IMG/VR virus record: IMGVR_UViG_3300028883_000005
Span: 18,576 to 82,575 of that record
Length of the DNA stretch: 64,000 bases
Source of the DNA: a virus
Strand: one strand, 5' to 3'
This document shows positions 17,840 to 27,194 of the stretch, piece after piece. Below the pieces are notes generated by a model, which searched no databases, was not told the origin of the DNA, and worked only from the letters and a program-made list of their open reading frames with translations. A program made the position numbers and the translations under genes. How positions within the stretch are numbered: the stretch's first letter is position 1; the number at the start of each line of letters is the position of its first letter.

Positions 17840-19013
17840 TCGGGAAGACCTGGTAAACCAGCTTAGAGAGAGAGCTCAGGAAAGCTACAAAAGCAAAGAT
17901 GAAGGAGGTAAATACGGAAAGTATTACCGATCCCCACCACTACCTGAATGGAAATGCTCTGAAGGTGAGCATGTGATTGACATCCTTCCTTTCTTTGCAG
18001 GTGAGAACTACCCCACCAAAAGCCATGCAAGTCAAGGAAAACCGGTGGACCCAGGTAAAATTCTTTACTGGCTGGATGTATGGATTCATTCAAAGATCGG
18101 CGTAAACGAAGATAACGTGGTTTGCCCTTCTATGAGCTACGGCAAGCGGTGTCCCATCTGTGAAGATGTGGCGGCGGAAAGCAAAAAGCCTGCGAATCTC
18201 AAGGACGAAGCTTTCATAAAAGACACCAAGGCAAAGCGCCGGTCTATGTATCTGATCGTTTGCAGGGATAGCGAATCCGAAGAGAACAAGGGCGTGCAGG
18301 TCTTCGAGGTAGCTCATTTCTATTTGGAAAAGCACATCTCTGCCCTGGCGAAGAAGCCCTTCGGTGGTGGATTTCGTTTGTTTTCGAATCCTTACAACGG
18401 CCAATCTGTTTACTTTTCCAAAAGTGGAACAGGGATGGGGCAGGAATGGTCCGGGTTTCAATTTCTTGATCGCGATTATGCCATCTCGGAAGAGCATCTG
18501 GATGTTGCGGCAGCTACTCCTCTGGCAGACTTCCTGATCCTTTTGGGTTACGAAGAGCTTTGGGAGAAATATTACGGAAAGCCCTTCGATGGAAGTTCTG
18601 CTAAGAGCCCCTCTGACTCTTCAAATCCTGACTACCAGCCCAAAACTAGGGCTCCCAAAGAGGATCCACCTGAGGAGGCTAAAGAGGCTACGACTAGACC
18701 AACTAGGGCTCCGAAAGAGGAACCTGCTAAAGAGGATCCGCCCTCTAGAACTACCAGAGCCCCGAAAGAAGATCCACCCTCTAGAGCCACCAGAGCTCCG
18801 AAAGAGGAACCCCCCGAAGAGGAACAACCTGTTCGGAGAACACGGAGACCCCTTCAAGAGGAACCTGCTGAAAAAGAACAGGAGTCTTCAGCCAAATGCC
18901 CTGGTGGTGGAGTATTTGGCAGAGACATTGACAAGCTCTCAGGATGCGGACCTTGTGAACTATGGGACGATTGCGCCATAGAAGCACAACGGCTAGAGCA
19001 AGAAGGTAAATAA
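17829..19013 (+). CDS. Single-stranded DNA-binding protein (T4 gp32-like) with repeat linker and C-terminal Cys4 motif
   Basis: IDILPF, H...CP...CPICE Zn site, acidic tail, GC3-rich codons. Confidence 0.75.
   Translation: MKFNREDLVNQLRERAQESYKSKDEGGKYGKYYRSPPLPEWKCSEGEHVIDILPFFAGENYPTKSHASQGKPVDPGKILYWLDVWIHSKIGVNEDNVVCPSMSYGKRCPICEDVAAESKKPANLKDEAFIKDTKAKRRSMYLIVCRDSESEENKGVQVFEVAHFYLEKHISALAKKPFGGGFRLFSNPYNGQSVYFSKSGTGMGQEWSGFQFLDRDYAISEEHLDVAAATPLADFLILLGYEELWEKYYGKPFDGSSAKSPSDSSNPDYQPKTRAPKEDPPEEAKEATTRPTRAPKEEPAKEDPPSRTTRAPKEDPPSRATRAPKEEPPEEEQPVRRTRRPLQEEPAEKEQESSAKCPGGGVFGRDIDKLSGCGPCELWDDCAIEAQRLEQEGK
18643..18870 (+). repeat. Imperfect peptide repeat TRAPKE(E/D)P x4 within SSB linker
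   Basis: Read from translation and DNA. Confidence 0.85.
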
Positions 19014-19017
19014 CTTT

Positions 19018-19082
19018 CTTGGGCCCCCTGCCTGAATAGGCGGCGGTAAGCGTGGGGCTGAATCGCTACAAGGGGGCCCAAG
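19018..19082 (+). ncRNA. Intergenic structured RNA: perfect 12-bp closing stem with two inner hairpins
   Basis: CTTGGGCCCCCT (19018-29) is the exact reverse complement of AGGGGGCCCAAG (19071-82); CUGAAU occurs in both inner hairpins. Confidence 0.6.
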
Positions 19083-19098
19083 TAGTTTAGGAGGAGTC

Positions 19099-20208
19099 AT
19101 GGAAGAACCTGTAAGAAGAGCAAGAAGACCTGCTACAGAGCCCTCTGAAGAAGAAATTAAAAAAGCTTCAGATGCTGTGGAGGAAGAGTACGAAGAGGAA
19201 CCACCTCAACCCTTTTGCTTTAAAGATACAGATGTTGTTTTAAGCACAGGCAGCACCCTCCTCAACTTGGCAGCTTTCGGAGATAGAACTAGGGGCGGCG
19301 GTCTCCCTGGTGGTATTATGGTTGAAATCTATAGCCAATCAGGACTAGGCAAAACTGCCTTAGCTTCTGAAATTTGTGGGTGTGCCCAAAGAGATGGAGG
19401 CGATATCCGATTTGTAGATCCTGAAGGGAGGCTGGATAGAGCTTATGCTCAAATATATGGAGTGAGTATTCCTAAAGATAAATATGCTCGCCTTCATTTA
19501 GTTTCGGATATCATCGAAGATTTTATGGCTTGGGACCCGCCCAATAAAAACGCCATAAATGTGTATGTCACTGATTCTTTGGCAGCCCTCTCCACAAATC
19601 TAGAGATGGATAAAGAAGATAAAATGGGCATGAGGAGAGCTAAGGAGCTCAGCACTCTATTCCGCAAAGGATCTATTCAAATTGCCGAGGGCCACAAGCT
19701 GATGATTTGTACTAACCAGCTTAGAGAAGGGGACAAAGGTACTTTCACTCCTGGCGGCAAAGCAGTAGGATACTGGGCCTCTATAAGGATAGAATTGACT
19801 AGGATAACCCAGTATACTAAAGGCATAGTGAACAAAGATCACGAAATTATGGAGTCTATTACTGTAGGCAGCAAAAACCGATCTGTAGAGCAGGTTATTG
19901 GTATCCGAAGTATGGCGAAGATCACTAAGAACTCTTGTGATTCCCCTTTCAGAACCGCACCTGTAGCTCTCGTGTTTAACTATGGCATAGACGATATCCG
20001 TGAAAATCTCCAATATGTAAAAGATATGACTGGAAACACATCCTTCCTCTGCCCAGATGGAAAATCCTATGTGAGCCTAAAAGATGCTATCAGATATGTG
20101 GAGCAAAATCAGTTAGAGGAAGAGCTCCAAGAAGAGGTAATAGATATTTGGGAAGGAATCAGTAAGGCTTTCAAAGAAAAGACCCCTCGGGAACCTAAAA
20201 GAAGATGA
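19099..20208 (+). CDS. RecA/UvsX-like recombinase
   Basis: STGS..L, GGLPGG..VEIYSQSGLGKT, VTDSLAAL, TNQLR, TPGGKA..Y.SIRI. Confidence 0.92.
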   Translation: MEEPVRRARRPATEPSEEEIKKASDAVEEEYEEEPPQPFCFKDTDVVLSTGSTLLNLAAFGDRTRGGGLPGGIMVEIYSQSGLGKTALASEICGCAQRDGGDIRFVDPEGRLDRAYAQIYGVSIPKDKYARLHLVSDIIEDFMAWDPPNKNAINVYVTDSLAALSTNLEMDKEDKMGMRRAKELSTLFRKGSIQIAEGHKLMICTNQLREGDKGTFTPGGKAVGYWASIRIELTRITQYTKGIVNKDHEIMESITVGSKNRSVEQVIGIRSMAKITKNSCDSPFRTAPVALVFNYGIDDIRENLQYVKDMTGNTSFLCPDGKSYVSLKDAIRYVEQNQLEEELQEEVIDIWEGISKAFKEKTPREPKRR

Positions 20209-21056
20209 TTGAAGACCCTATCATAATTATAGATAGCCATGCTGTAGGACATGCAGCCAAACACTCCTACGGGGGCCTTTCATATGGAGGGGAGCCCGTA
20301 GGAGTTATTTATGGATTTTTAACCAAGATGCTGTCCTTAGCTCAAAAATTCGATACCAGAAAATTTGTATTTACTTTTGATAGCGGAAAAAGTTACCGCA
20401 GAGACATTTATTCTGGCTATAAAATTAAGGACATAGAATATTCTGAAGAAGAAATAGAGAATAACAGAATAGCCAGATACCAATTGGGATTACTAAGAAC
20501 CCAAGTACTGCCGGAATTGGGGTTCTCTAATATATACATACAAACAGGGCTGGAAGCAGACGATATCATTGCTTCCTGTGTCATACATAATAAAGGAACA
20601 AAAATTATTCTTTCGGATGATAGAGATTTATATCAGCTTCTCGGCTACTGTGATATGTTCAAACTCAAAAAGAAAAAGTTGTACACTAAACAGAATTTAA
20701 AAGATAGATGGGGATGCACTCCTGAAGAATGGAAAGAGATGAAAATCTACGCAGGGTGTAAAGGAGATAAAGTTCCTAATATCCCTGGTGTTGCTGAAAA
20801 AACAGCCTTAAAATATTTACAAGGAAGAGCTTCTGTTAAGGTAGAAACAAAAATCAACTTGTTTCTCAGAGAAAACCCTGACTTCATAGATAGGAACAAA
20901 AGCCTAACTTGGTTACCATTTGAAGATACACAAAAAATTAAATTCAAGGAATTTAATAAACTGCAATATATGGATATTTATAGGGTGTGCAATAGATACG
21001 GATTCAACTCTTTGATAAATAAAAACTATAACAGAACTTGGGAAAGGTTTTGTTGA
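20205..21056 (+). CDS. 5'-3' exonuclease/flap endonuclease (PolI N-terminal-like)
   Basis: IIDS, FDSGKSYRR..Y..YK, EADDII, SDDRDLYQL, GDKVPNIPGV.EKTA. Confidence 0.92.
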   Translation: MIEDPIIIIDSHAVGHAAKHSYGGLSYGGEPVGVIYGFLTKMLSLAQKFDTRKFVFTFDSGKSYRRDIYSGYKIKDIEYSEEEIENNRIARYQLGLLRTQVLPELGFSNIYIQTGLEADDIIASCVIHNKGTKIILSDDRDLYQLLGYCDMFKLKKKKLYTKQNLKDRWGCTPEEWKEMKIYAGCKGDKVPNIPGVAEKTALKYLQGRASVKVETKINLFLRENPDFIDRNKSLTWLPFEDTQKIKFKEFNKLQYMDIYRVCNRYGFNSLINKNYNRTWERFC

Positions 21057-21057
21057 T

Positions 21058-21627
21058 ATGGCAAAGAAAAAAGCTAAAGGTGGTATCAAAAAAGGAGCCC
21101 CTTACGAAAACGAAATGGCTAAAGAGCTAAGCTGGTGGTTCTCCTGGGGAGAAAGATCCGACTTGATAAGAAGGACAAAAGCTTCAGGTGGGTGGGCTAC
21201 AGAAAGAGACAAAGTAGACCTGCCGGCGGCTTATCAACATGGTGATCTTTCCCCTACCCATCCTAGTATTTACCCTTTTTTCGATTTGTTTCTCGTGGAG
21301 GTTAAGAGGGGATATACGGGAATGGACATCCTAAACATAGTAGACCAGCCTCCTGGTTTTAAAGAAGTGTGTCCTCTTATGGATTGGTGGGAAAAAGCGG
21401 AAAAGGAGAAGGAAATTAGTAAAAGGTTGCAAACTATGATCCTTTTCAAGAGGGATCGAAGGAAAAAAATGGTAGCTATTTCATCCTCTCTTAAAAACGC
21501 TCTTAAGATATATGATCGCGAAGGTATTTTAATCAAAAACAAGATATTTATAATGGATATGGCAGAGTTTTTCTGCCATATAGATCCTGAAGATGTGAGT
21601 AATTTGATATCCTTTTTCAGAGGATAG
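21058..21627 (+). CDS. Holliday junction resolvase-like PD-(D/E)xK nuclease
   Basis: KG..YE, R...SGG, GDL, VEVKR. Confidence 0.78.
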   Translation: MAKKKAKGGIKKGAPYENEMAKELSWWFSWGERSDLIRRTKASGGWATERDKVDLPAAYQHGDLSPTHPSIYPFFDLFLVEVKRGYTGMDILNIVDQPPGFKEVCPLMDWWEKAEKEKEISKRLQTMILFKRDRRKKMVAISSSLKNALKIYDREGILIKNKIFIMDMAEFFCHIDPEDVSNLISFFRG

Positions 21628-21664
21628 GTTCAAATGCAGATTATACTTTATAATTCGTAAATAA

Positions 21665-21697
21665 TATCTTGCTGCCTTCATAAATAGCTGTTATATT
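21665..21697 (+). promoter_or_regulatory. Promoter P4, TATC-TTGCTG-N17-TATATT with extended -10 TG
   Basis: Same layout as P1-P3. Confidence 0.7.
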
Positions 21698-21727
21698 TAG
21701 ACATAAACAATAAATGAGGAGAACGTT

Positions 21728-22060
21728 ATGAGTTCCGATACAATACATCTGAAAGACTTTTTAGAGGGAGAAGGCAGATTCTCGTCATATAACATTGTGA
21801 TGGAGAAGCTATCCGAAGCTTTTAACCAAAGCGAAGAGGACCTAGATTATGCTCTCAAAGTTGCAGGTAACTTCGATACCTTAATCATGTTTTGCTCTGC
21901 TTCAAGAGATATGAAAATGAATGTGAGAGAGGTAGCAGATTTATCACTTAATACTACAATCCCTCAAATGTATCTGAGAGAGATACGACCAAAAGGAAGG
22001 GAAGAAGATGAGAAGCCTAGCGCCAGTGTTGTCAATTTTAGAAGAGATAGGAAGTGTTAG
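21728..22060 (+). CDS. Hypothetical protein
   Basis: RBS GAGGAG downstream of P4. Confidence 0.72.
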   Translation: MSSDTIHLKDFLEGEGRFSSYNIVMEKLSEAFNQSEEDLDYALKVAGNFDTLIMFCSASRDMKMNVREVADLSLNTTIPQMYLREIRPKGREEDEKPSASVVNFRRDRKC

Positions 22061-23339
22061 AAGCCGAAAAGAGAAAGAAAGAATTCTCCAAGAAGGTCTA
22101 GAATCCGAATGCGGAGAGTACCTAAGAAAAACAATTCTTTATGCTCTAGATGCTTACCGACAGTTCAACGTAACCAAGTTAGATAGCACAATAGTAAATA
22201 CAGGCATCTCCGGATACCCATCTGTAGATGAAATATTTTTACAATTAGATCTACTGGCTTCTAAAAAAGGAGCAAGCCAAGCTGAAAAAGACGAGTTAAA
22301 CTTCCTGTGTGGAACAGATAAAGAAACCTTGGAGGTAACAAAAAGAATCATTAACAAAGACCTCCGCTGTGGATTGGGTGTTAAAACCGCAGAGAAGTTT
22401 GTTGAAGGCGTTAAAGACTACGGTGTAATGAAGCCCAAAACAGAGAAGAAAAGCCTTCTAAAGGACTTTGATAAGTTTTTGGCGCTAGCTGGAGGATATC
22501 ATAATATTTGCTGGTCAGACAAAGTGGATGGTGTTAGAGTTTGTGACTGCACCGTTCATGAAGATGGATTAGTAGAATACACTTCTACTAATGGTAAACC
22601 CTACCGAAACTTTCATTGTTTCAACCCTGAAGTTATTGATATAGCTAAAACTATACATTTAGAACACGGTGTGCCCTATCCAATAGGATTTGATGGTGAA
22701 GTTATCGACTACACCGGAAATTTCCAAAAAGTTGTAACCCAAACACAAAGAGATTACGATGTAAATACCTCTAACCTTAGGCTTCTTATTTGGTCAGTCA
22801 CCTGTCCTGGACCCTTCCAAAAGAGGTACCAAATGGTTAGAGAGAACTTACCATCTGTTCGCCAAATACTCCGCCAGCAGGACCTTATCGGTCCTAAAGC
22901 TAAAACCAATGTTTTCTGTCTGCATCATTATTTTGAACATCATTTAAAAGAATGGAAAGATGTAGAGCTTCTCGCACGGAGAATGATAAATACAGGCGAG
23001 GAGGGTGTTGTATTAAAGGTTTCTGATCATGAACACGAGAGAAAAAGGAGCCGCCTCTGGTTTCGTTTGAAAGCTCTTTACCTTGAAGGTGAGGGTGTAG
23101 AGGTAGATCTTAAAGTATTGAGAGCAGAAAAAGGTACTGGTAAGTTCTCTGAAATGCTAGGAGCCCTAATTTGCGATTATAACGGTGAGGAAGTCAGAGT
23201 AGGCGGGGGATTTAAAGAGTCACAAAGGAAAGAATTTATAGACAATCCTCCTAAATGGATAACTGTAAATGCAGACAGTGAGACAGATGAGAAGTCTCTA
23301 CGGTTTCCTCAATTTGTTAGAGCTAGGGAGGAGAAATGA
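22008..23339 (+). CDS. ATP-dependent DNA ligase
   Basis: KVDGVR, FDGE, EEGVVLK, GTGK...LGA, VGGGF, SLRFPQF. Confidence 0.92.
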   Translation: MRSLAPVLSILEEIGSVRSRKEKERILQEGLESECGEYLRKTILYALDAYRQFNVTKLDSTIVNTGISGYPSVDEIFLQLDLLASKKGASQAEKDELNFLCGTDKETLEVTKRIINKDLRCGLGVKTAEKFVEGVKDYGVMKPKTEKKSLLKDFDKFLALAGGYHNICWSDKVDGVRVCDCTVHEDGLVEYTSTNGKPYRNFHCFNPEVIDIAKTIHLEHGVPYPIGFDGEVIDYTGNFQKVVTQTQRDYDVNTSNLRLLIWSVTCPGPFQKRYQMVRENLPSVRQILRQQDLIGPKAKTNVFCLHHYFEHHLKEWKDVELLARRMINTGEEGVVLKVSDHEHERKRSRLWFRLKALYLEGEGVEVDLKVLRAEKGTGKFSEMLGALICDYNGEEVRVGGGFKESQRKEFIDNPPKWITVNADSETDEKSLRFPQFVRAREEK

Positions 23340-23590
23340 GACCAGGACAATATAGAAAAGAGGGAAGAAAAGCTTATCGAGATGGCATTCCTATTGAAGA
23401 TTGCCCTTTTAAACACGGAATAGAAGATTGGAGAGAGGGCTGGAGGGATGCAGCGATAGAAGAAGAGAGGCTGCACCTCGCCAGAGAAAAAGAAACCTCA
23501 CCTCCTTATTACACGCTCCTGTATGAGGTAGGCACTGTAGGAGAGCTCTATGAGTTGCTGGAGCAAATAAAAAGGAATCAAGGTGATTAA
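23336..23590 (+). CDS. Ribosome-modulation-factor-like motif protein
   Basis: EGRKAYRDG..CPF...WREGW pattern. Confidence 0.55.
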   Translation: MRPGQYRKEGRKAYRDGIPIEDCPFKHGIEDWREGWRDAAIEEERLHLAREKETSPPYYTLLYEVGTVGELYELLEQIKRNQGD

Positions 23591-23786
23591 ATATAATCAA
23601 GCCATGCACTACTTGAGACAAAATGGATTTCAAGTAGGTGAGGACGCTGAGGAGGGCATACCTGGTGCTCAGGAAGTTATGGATGCCTACTCTTTTCATT
23701 ACTCCTCACCTGGTGATCCTGGAGGACAGATGCTTCTATGCGTGAAATTAGAGGAGTATCTAAAAACTAAAGAGGCTATAGCATGA
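23583..23786 (+). CDS. Hypothetical protein
   Basis: Overlapping operon packing. Confidence 0.6.
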   Translation: MIKYNQAMHYLRQNGFQVGEDAEEGIPGAQEVMDAYSFHYSSPGDPGGQMLLCVKLEEYLKTKEAIA

Positions 23787-24121
23787 ATCGTTCTCTAGCA
23801 CTTAAGAATAAAGAACCGGCTGGTGGTTGTAAAGGTATAATTGCCCGTGCCTCTGCTTCCGAGGGTTTCACAAAGTACAATGATGGTTCAAGGGCTTTCT
23901 TCCTCCGTAAGTCCTTACGAATCCTTAAAAAGAAGTCTTGCCCTGGATGCGAGAAATGCGGATGGTTCTATGACTGTGCTCCTGAAGTACATTTAGATGA
24001 TTTTCCTATCGAAGGATTTGAAGAAATTCAAAACGGGAAGCTGTATCGTATATGGGGAACTGGAGATGAGGACGATTTCTATTTATGTGTGATGCCCTAC
24101 TCTGAGGAGGACCAGAAATGA
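23783..24121 (+). CDS. Hypothetical protein with CPGCxxC motif
   Basis: KKSCPGCEKCGW; ATGA overlaps on both sides. Confidence 0.7.
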   Translation: MNRSLALKNKEPAGGCKGIIARASASEGFTKYNDGSRAFFLRKSLRILKKKSCPGCEKCGWFYDCAPEVHLDDFPIEGFEEIQNGKLYRIWGTGDEDDFYLCVMPYSEEDQK

Positions 24122-24294
24122 CTGAAGCTAAAAAAGTTGAGATAATTTATTATCACTTAAGATTGAGTGAAGAGGATGCACGGATTATGATGGGCCTAGT
24201 TCAGAACCCCATCATTCACAATGAAGACGAGAGGATTAAAAAGTTCAGAGAAAGAATTTGGACTACCTTAGAAAAGATAGGTTGCAAGCCTTAA
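24118..24294 (+). CDS. Hypothetical 58-aa protein (MTEAKKVEIIYY...; below cutoff)
   Basis: Translated by hand; ATGA overlap, RBS GAGGAGG. Confidence 0.7.
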   Translation: MTEAKKVEIIYYHLRLSEEDARIMMGLVQNPIIHNEDERIKKFRERIWTTLEKIGCKP

Positions 24295-24374
24295 TAGAGC
24301 CCGTGTTTCTCGTGAAGAGTTTCTATTAATGTGTAGCTAACTACAGAAGTATTTAAGAGAGCTAAAGGTTTGAA

Positions 24375-25142
24375 ATGGTAGATTTTTTCAAAGAAATTAA
24401 ACCAAGACATTCCCATATTTATCCTGCTAAAATGACAGAAATGGGGTTAAGTAGGCATTTCCAGATTCCTATGTTCGATTACAATATGCAGGCGCATGTG
24501 AGGATGGGTGTTTTCTTTGAAATGGTATCGGCTTGTTTATTTGGAGGAGTATTAGTGGATTCTGTTGTGAGTGAAAAGAAAGGTATTTATATAGGATGCA
24601 AACCAGATGTTAAAAACGGAAAAGACAAAAGGTTTATAGAGTCGAAAGCAGTTAGAATGGGCAATCAATTAAATCTTCTTCATGGACAAGTTAGTGCTTA
24701 CAAAGCTCTACAAATTGTTTACCCAGGATTTGATATTTATTACTGTATTTGGAGACACTCTGTTAAAGGGATAAAATCTTATTCTGGTTCTCACATGGAT
24801 CTAAATAAAGAGTTGGCTGAAAAAACCAGGGCAGGTATACTGGTTCCTTTTAGTTTAATAGAGAGGATGTGTTTTGAAGAAGGAAACGAATTGGCCAGAT
24901 ATGTAGATAACAAAGCATGGCCGGATTGTACCAGAATTAAAAGCACAATATTAAATTCTATTCTTTTTAAACCCTCGGAAACACTGGAAAAATATGGCGG
25001 AGATTACAAATACACCTACAAACGATATAGAACACCCAGGCTAAAAGTAGACGGGGTATTTGTAGAGTCCTTTCCTATTATCGTTGTGGAAAACAAAAAC
25101 GATAATTGGAAAGATAACCTTTTAAATACTGTTCCTTTTTGA
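24375..25142 (+). CDS. Putative PD-(D/E)xK endonuclease
   Basis: FE...CKPDV...FIESKA...Q...Y pattern. Confidence 0.5.
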   Translation: MVDFFKEIKPRHSHIYPAKMTEMGLSRHFQIPMFDYNMQAHVRMGVFFEMVSACLFGGVLVDSVVSEKKGIYIGCKPDVKNGKDKRFIESKAVRMGNQLNLLHGQVSAYKALQIVYPGFDIYYCIWRHSVKGIKSYSGSHMDLNKELAEKTRAGILVPFSLIERMCFEEGNELARYVDNKAWPDCTRIKSTILNSILFKPSETLEKYGGDYKYTYKRYRTPRLKVDGVFVESFPIIVVENKNDNWKDNLLNTVPF

Positions 25143-25351
25143 GGCACAAACCCGGATTGGCTTGCGATGGAAAAAGGTCTAATTTGATGATATTTCATAC
25201 TTTTGTACACACACATAAGCACTGGAAATGGAAAGTTCGTCAATGGGAGTGTTGCGGGCATATATGGCAGTTGCTACTTAGCAATAAATTTCCAGAGAGA
25301 TATGGTTGGAGACCTGTTTGCCCTACTTGCAAAAAGATAGGAAAGATATAA
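25139..25351 (+). CDS. Small Zn-ribbon hypothetical protein
   Basis: CCGH...CPTC; start codon uncertain. Confidence 0.5.
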   Translation: MRHKPGLACDGKRSNLMIFHTFVHTHKHWKWKVRQWECCGHIWQLLLSNKFPERYGWRPVCPTCKKIGKI

Positions 25352-26457
25352 TGCCTTATTTGAGCAGCTTAACTTTTATCAATATCCAATCTCATAAAGA
25401 GACAATCCTACCTCTTTCTGAAGGCTTGAATATAATCAAAGGATCCTCCCACAAAGGTAAATCAGCGCTCATAAGAGGTATCAGATTGTTGCTTTTCAAT
25501 GAGCCTCTGGCTCCACAAGATAAAATAAAATCTTGGTTTTCTAGAGATAATGAGGAGCTATCCGTAACGGCAGAGTTTTCTGATGGTTCCTACGTGATCC
25601 GTACTCATAGCAAATCCTTCAATGGTTACATAGTGGGGAATGAAGATGGGGAGGGGGAGTTCGAAGCTTTAAGAGGTGACGTTCCTGAAGAAGTTAAAAA
25701 AGCATTAAATTTAGATAGAATAAACTTCAGAGGCCAACATGATGGTTATTTCATGTTATCTTCTAAATCTGGTGAAGTTGGAAAATTGTTCAATCAGGTG
25801 GCTGGTCTGAGCGTAATAGACTTTGTTTTAGGTAACGTCAATTCTATGTCTAGAGAGACAAGCTGGAAGCTAGAATTAGCTAAAAAGGAAGTGGCTAAAG
25901 CAAAAGGTAAAATAGAGTCTCTATTATACGCTAGAGAGGTAGAACCTAGGATTAAAGCTTTGGAGAGAAGGATAAACAGATGCTCTGCACTCACAGAGAA
26001 TTTATCTGTGATGAAATCTGTTAAGAGCAGTATAAATCTCCAAGAGGAAATAATCAAAAGATCTAAAGAAAAAATATCTTTCAAATCCAAACTTCTGCTG
26101 CTAAAGTCTAAAATTGAAGAGTTTAAGACCTTAAATGGAGAGTATATATACCTTAAAAGCATAGATAGCACTATCAAAAGAGAAGAAAGAGCACACAAAG
26201 AAACCTCAGAGTGGTTGAAAGTAAAAACTAAAGCGGTCAAATTAAGAGCTAAAATCGAAGAGTACAAAACCATCGACGAAAAAAGAAAAGAACTTTCAAA
26301 CATATACAACAGCATTACTAGTGCAAACTTACTGCAGAATTCGCTGTCAGAACGCTTAGAACAGCTAAAGGAAAAGCGAAAAGCACTACATAAGCAGCTT
26401 AATTATTGTCCGCGCTGCGGAGCACACAAGAGTCATTGGGATGATAAACGAGTTTAA
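25351..26457 (+). CDS. SbcC/Rad50-like ATPase, N-terminal half (Walker A, coiled coil, Zn hook)
   Basis: IQSH, GLNIIKGSSHKGKS, GQHD, terminal CPRC; no Walker B. Confidence 0.88.
   Translation: MPYLSSLTFINIQSHKETILPLSEGLNIIKGSSHKGKSALIRGIRLLLFNEPLAPQDKIKSWFSRDNEELSVTAEFSDGSYVIRTHSKSFNGYIVGNEDGEGEFEALRGDVPEEVKKALNLDRINFRGQHDGYFMLSSKSGEVGKLFNQVAGLSVIDFVLGNVNSMSRETSWKLELAKKEVAKAKGKIESLLYAREVEPRIKALERRINRCSALTENLSVMKSVKSSINLQEEIIKRSKEKISFKSKLLLLKSKIEEFKTLNGEYIYLKSIDSTIKREERAHKETSEWLKVKTKAVKLRAKIEEYKTIDEKRKELSNIYNSITSANLLQNSLSERLEQLKEKRKALHKQLNYCPRCGAHKSHWDDKRV
26312..26360 (-). repeat. Dispersed motif copy (reverse orientation, inside the SbcC-N gene)
   Basis: Reverse complement reads TCTAAGCG-N8-GCGAATTCTGCA-N16-AATGC. 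Confidence 0.55.
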
Positions 26458-26881
26458 AGGTAAATATCGGTTTTTAAGCAACTTTAGCTCTGCTCCTATT
26501 AAAGTAGGAAATAGAGAGTACCCTACCGTGGAGCATTATTATCAAGCAATGAAGACTGATTCTTATCTAGAACAAGAATCTATAAGACTTTGCTCGTCTC
26601 CGGCTTTAGCTAAAAAACTAGGTAGAGAAGTTAAGATTAGAAAAGACTGGGAAGAGATAAAAATAATTGTAATGCTGAGGGCTTTGAGATTAAAATTTGA
26701 AAATCCTACCCTAAGAGAAAAGCTGTTAAGTACAGGAGATCAACTTTTGGTAGAGGGCAACTGGTGGCACGATACTTATTGGGGTAGATGTAGATGTAGG
26801 ATATGTGAAGGCCATGGAGAGAATAAATTAGGGTGGCTTTTAATGAAAGTAAGAAAGGAGATTAAAAATGGGAAAGAGTAA
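26441..26881 (+). CDS. NADAR-family protein
   Basis: FLSNF, YPTVEHYYQAMK, AKKLGR, KF...L..TG..LVE...DTYWG, GENKLG.LLM.VR. Confidence 0.92.
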   Translation: MINEFKGKYRFLSNFSSAPIKVGNREYPTVEHYYQAMKTDSYLEQESIRLCSSPALAKKLGREVKIRKDWEEIKIIVMLRALRLKFENPTLREKLLSTGDQLLVEGNWWHDTYWGRCRCRICEGHGENKLGWLLMKVRKEIKNGKE

Positions 26882-27194
26882 ATTCAAAACAGAAACTCTG
26901 GGTCGGAAAAACAATACTAATCCTCTCGATCATATGTTTTCAGATTTTGATAGTATTCGAATCGAAGTTAGGTTCTTTCTCAAAAACCGCCCTCGACCCT
27001 ACAGAAGGCCCTATCACCGCTCTGTATTCTATATAGGCAGAAAGGTTTCCGTGCTTAGATTTTACGGAATACTATCTGATATGTTTACAGTAAATCGCTT
27101 AATCAAGCATTTAAAAAACCTTTTTCCAGATTTTAAAATCCACAAGATAAGTACATTTAGTTTAGCTATATACACCCGAGGTGATAGAAGATGA
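26868..27194 (+). CDS. Basic hypothetical protein
   Basis: RBS AAGGAG; operon packing. Confidence 0.6.
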   Translation: MGKSKFKTETLGRKNNTNPLDHMFSDFDSIRIEVRFFLKNRPRPYRRPYHRSVFYIGRKVSVLRFYGILSDMFTVNRLIKHLKNLFPDFKIHKISTFSLAIYTRGDRR

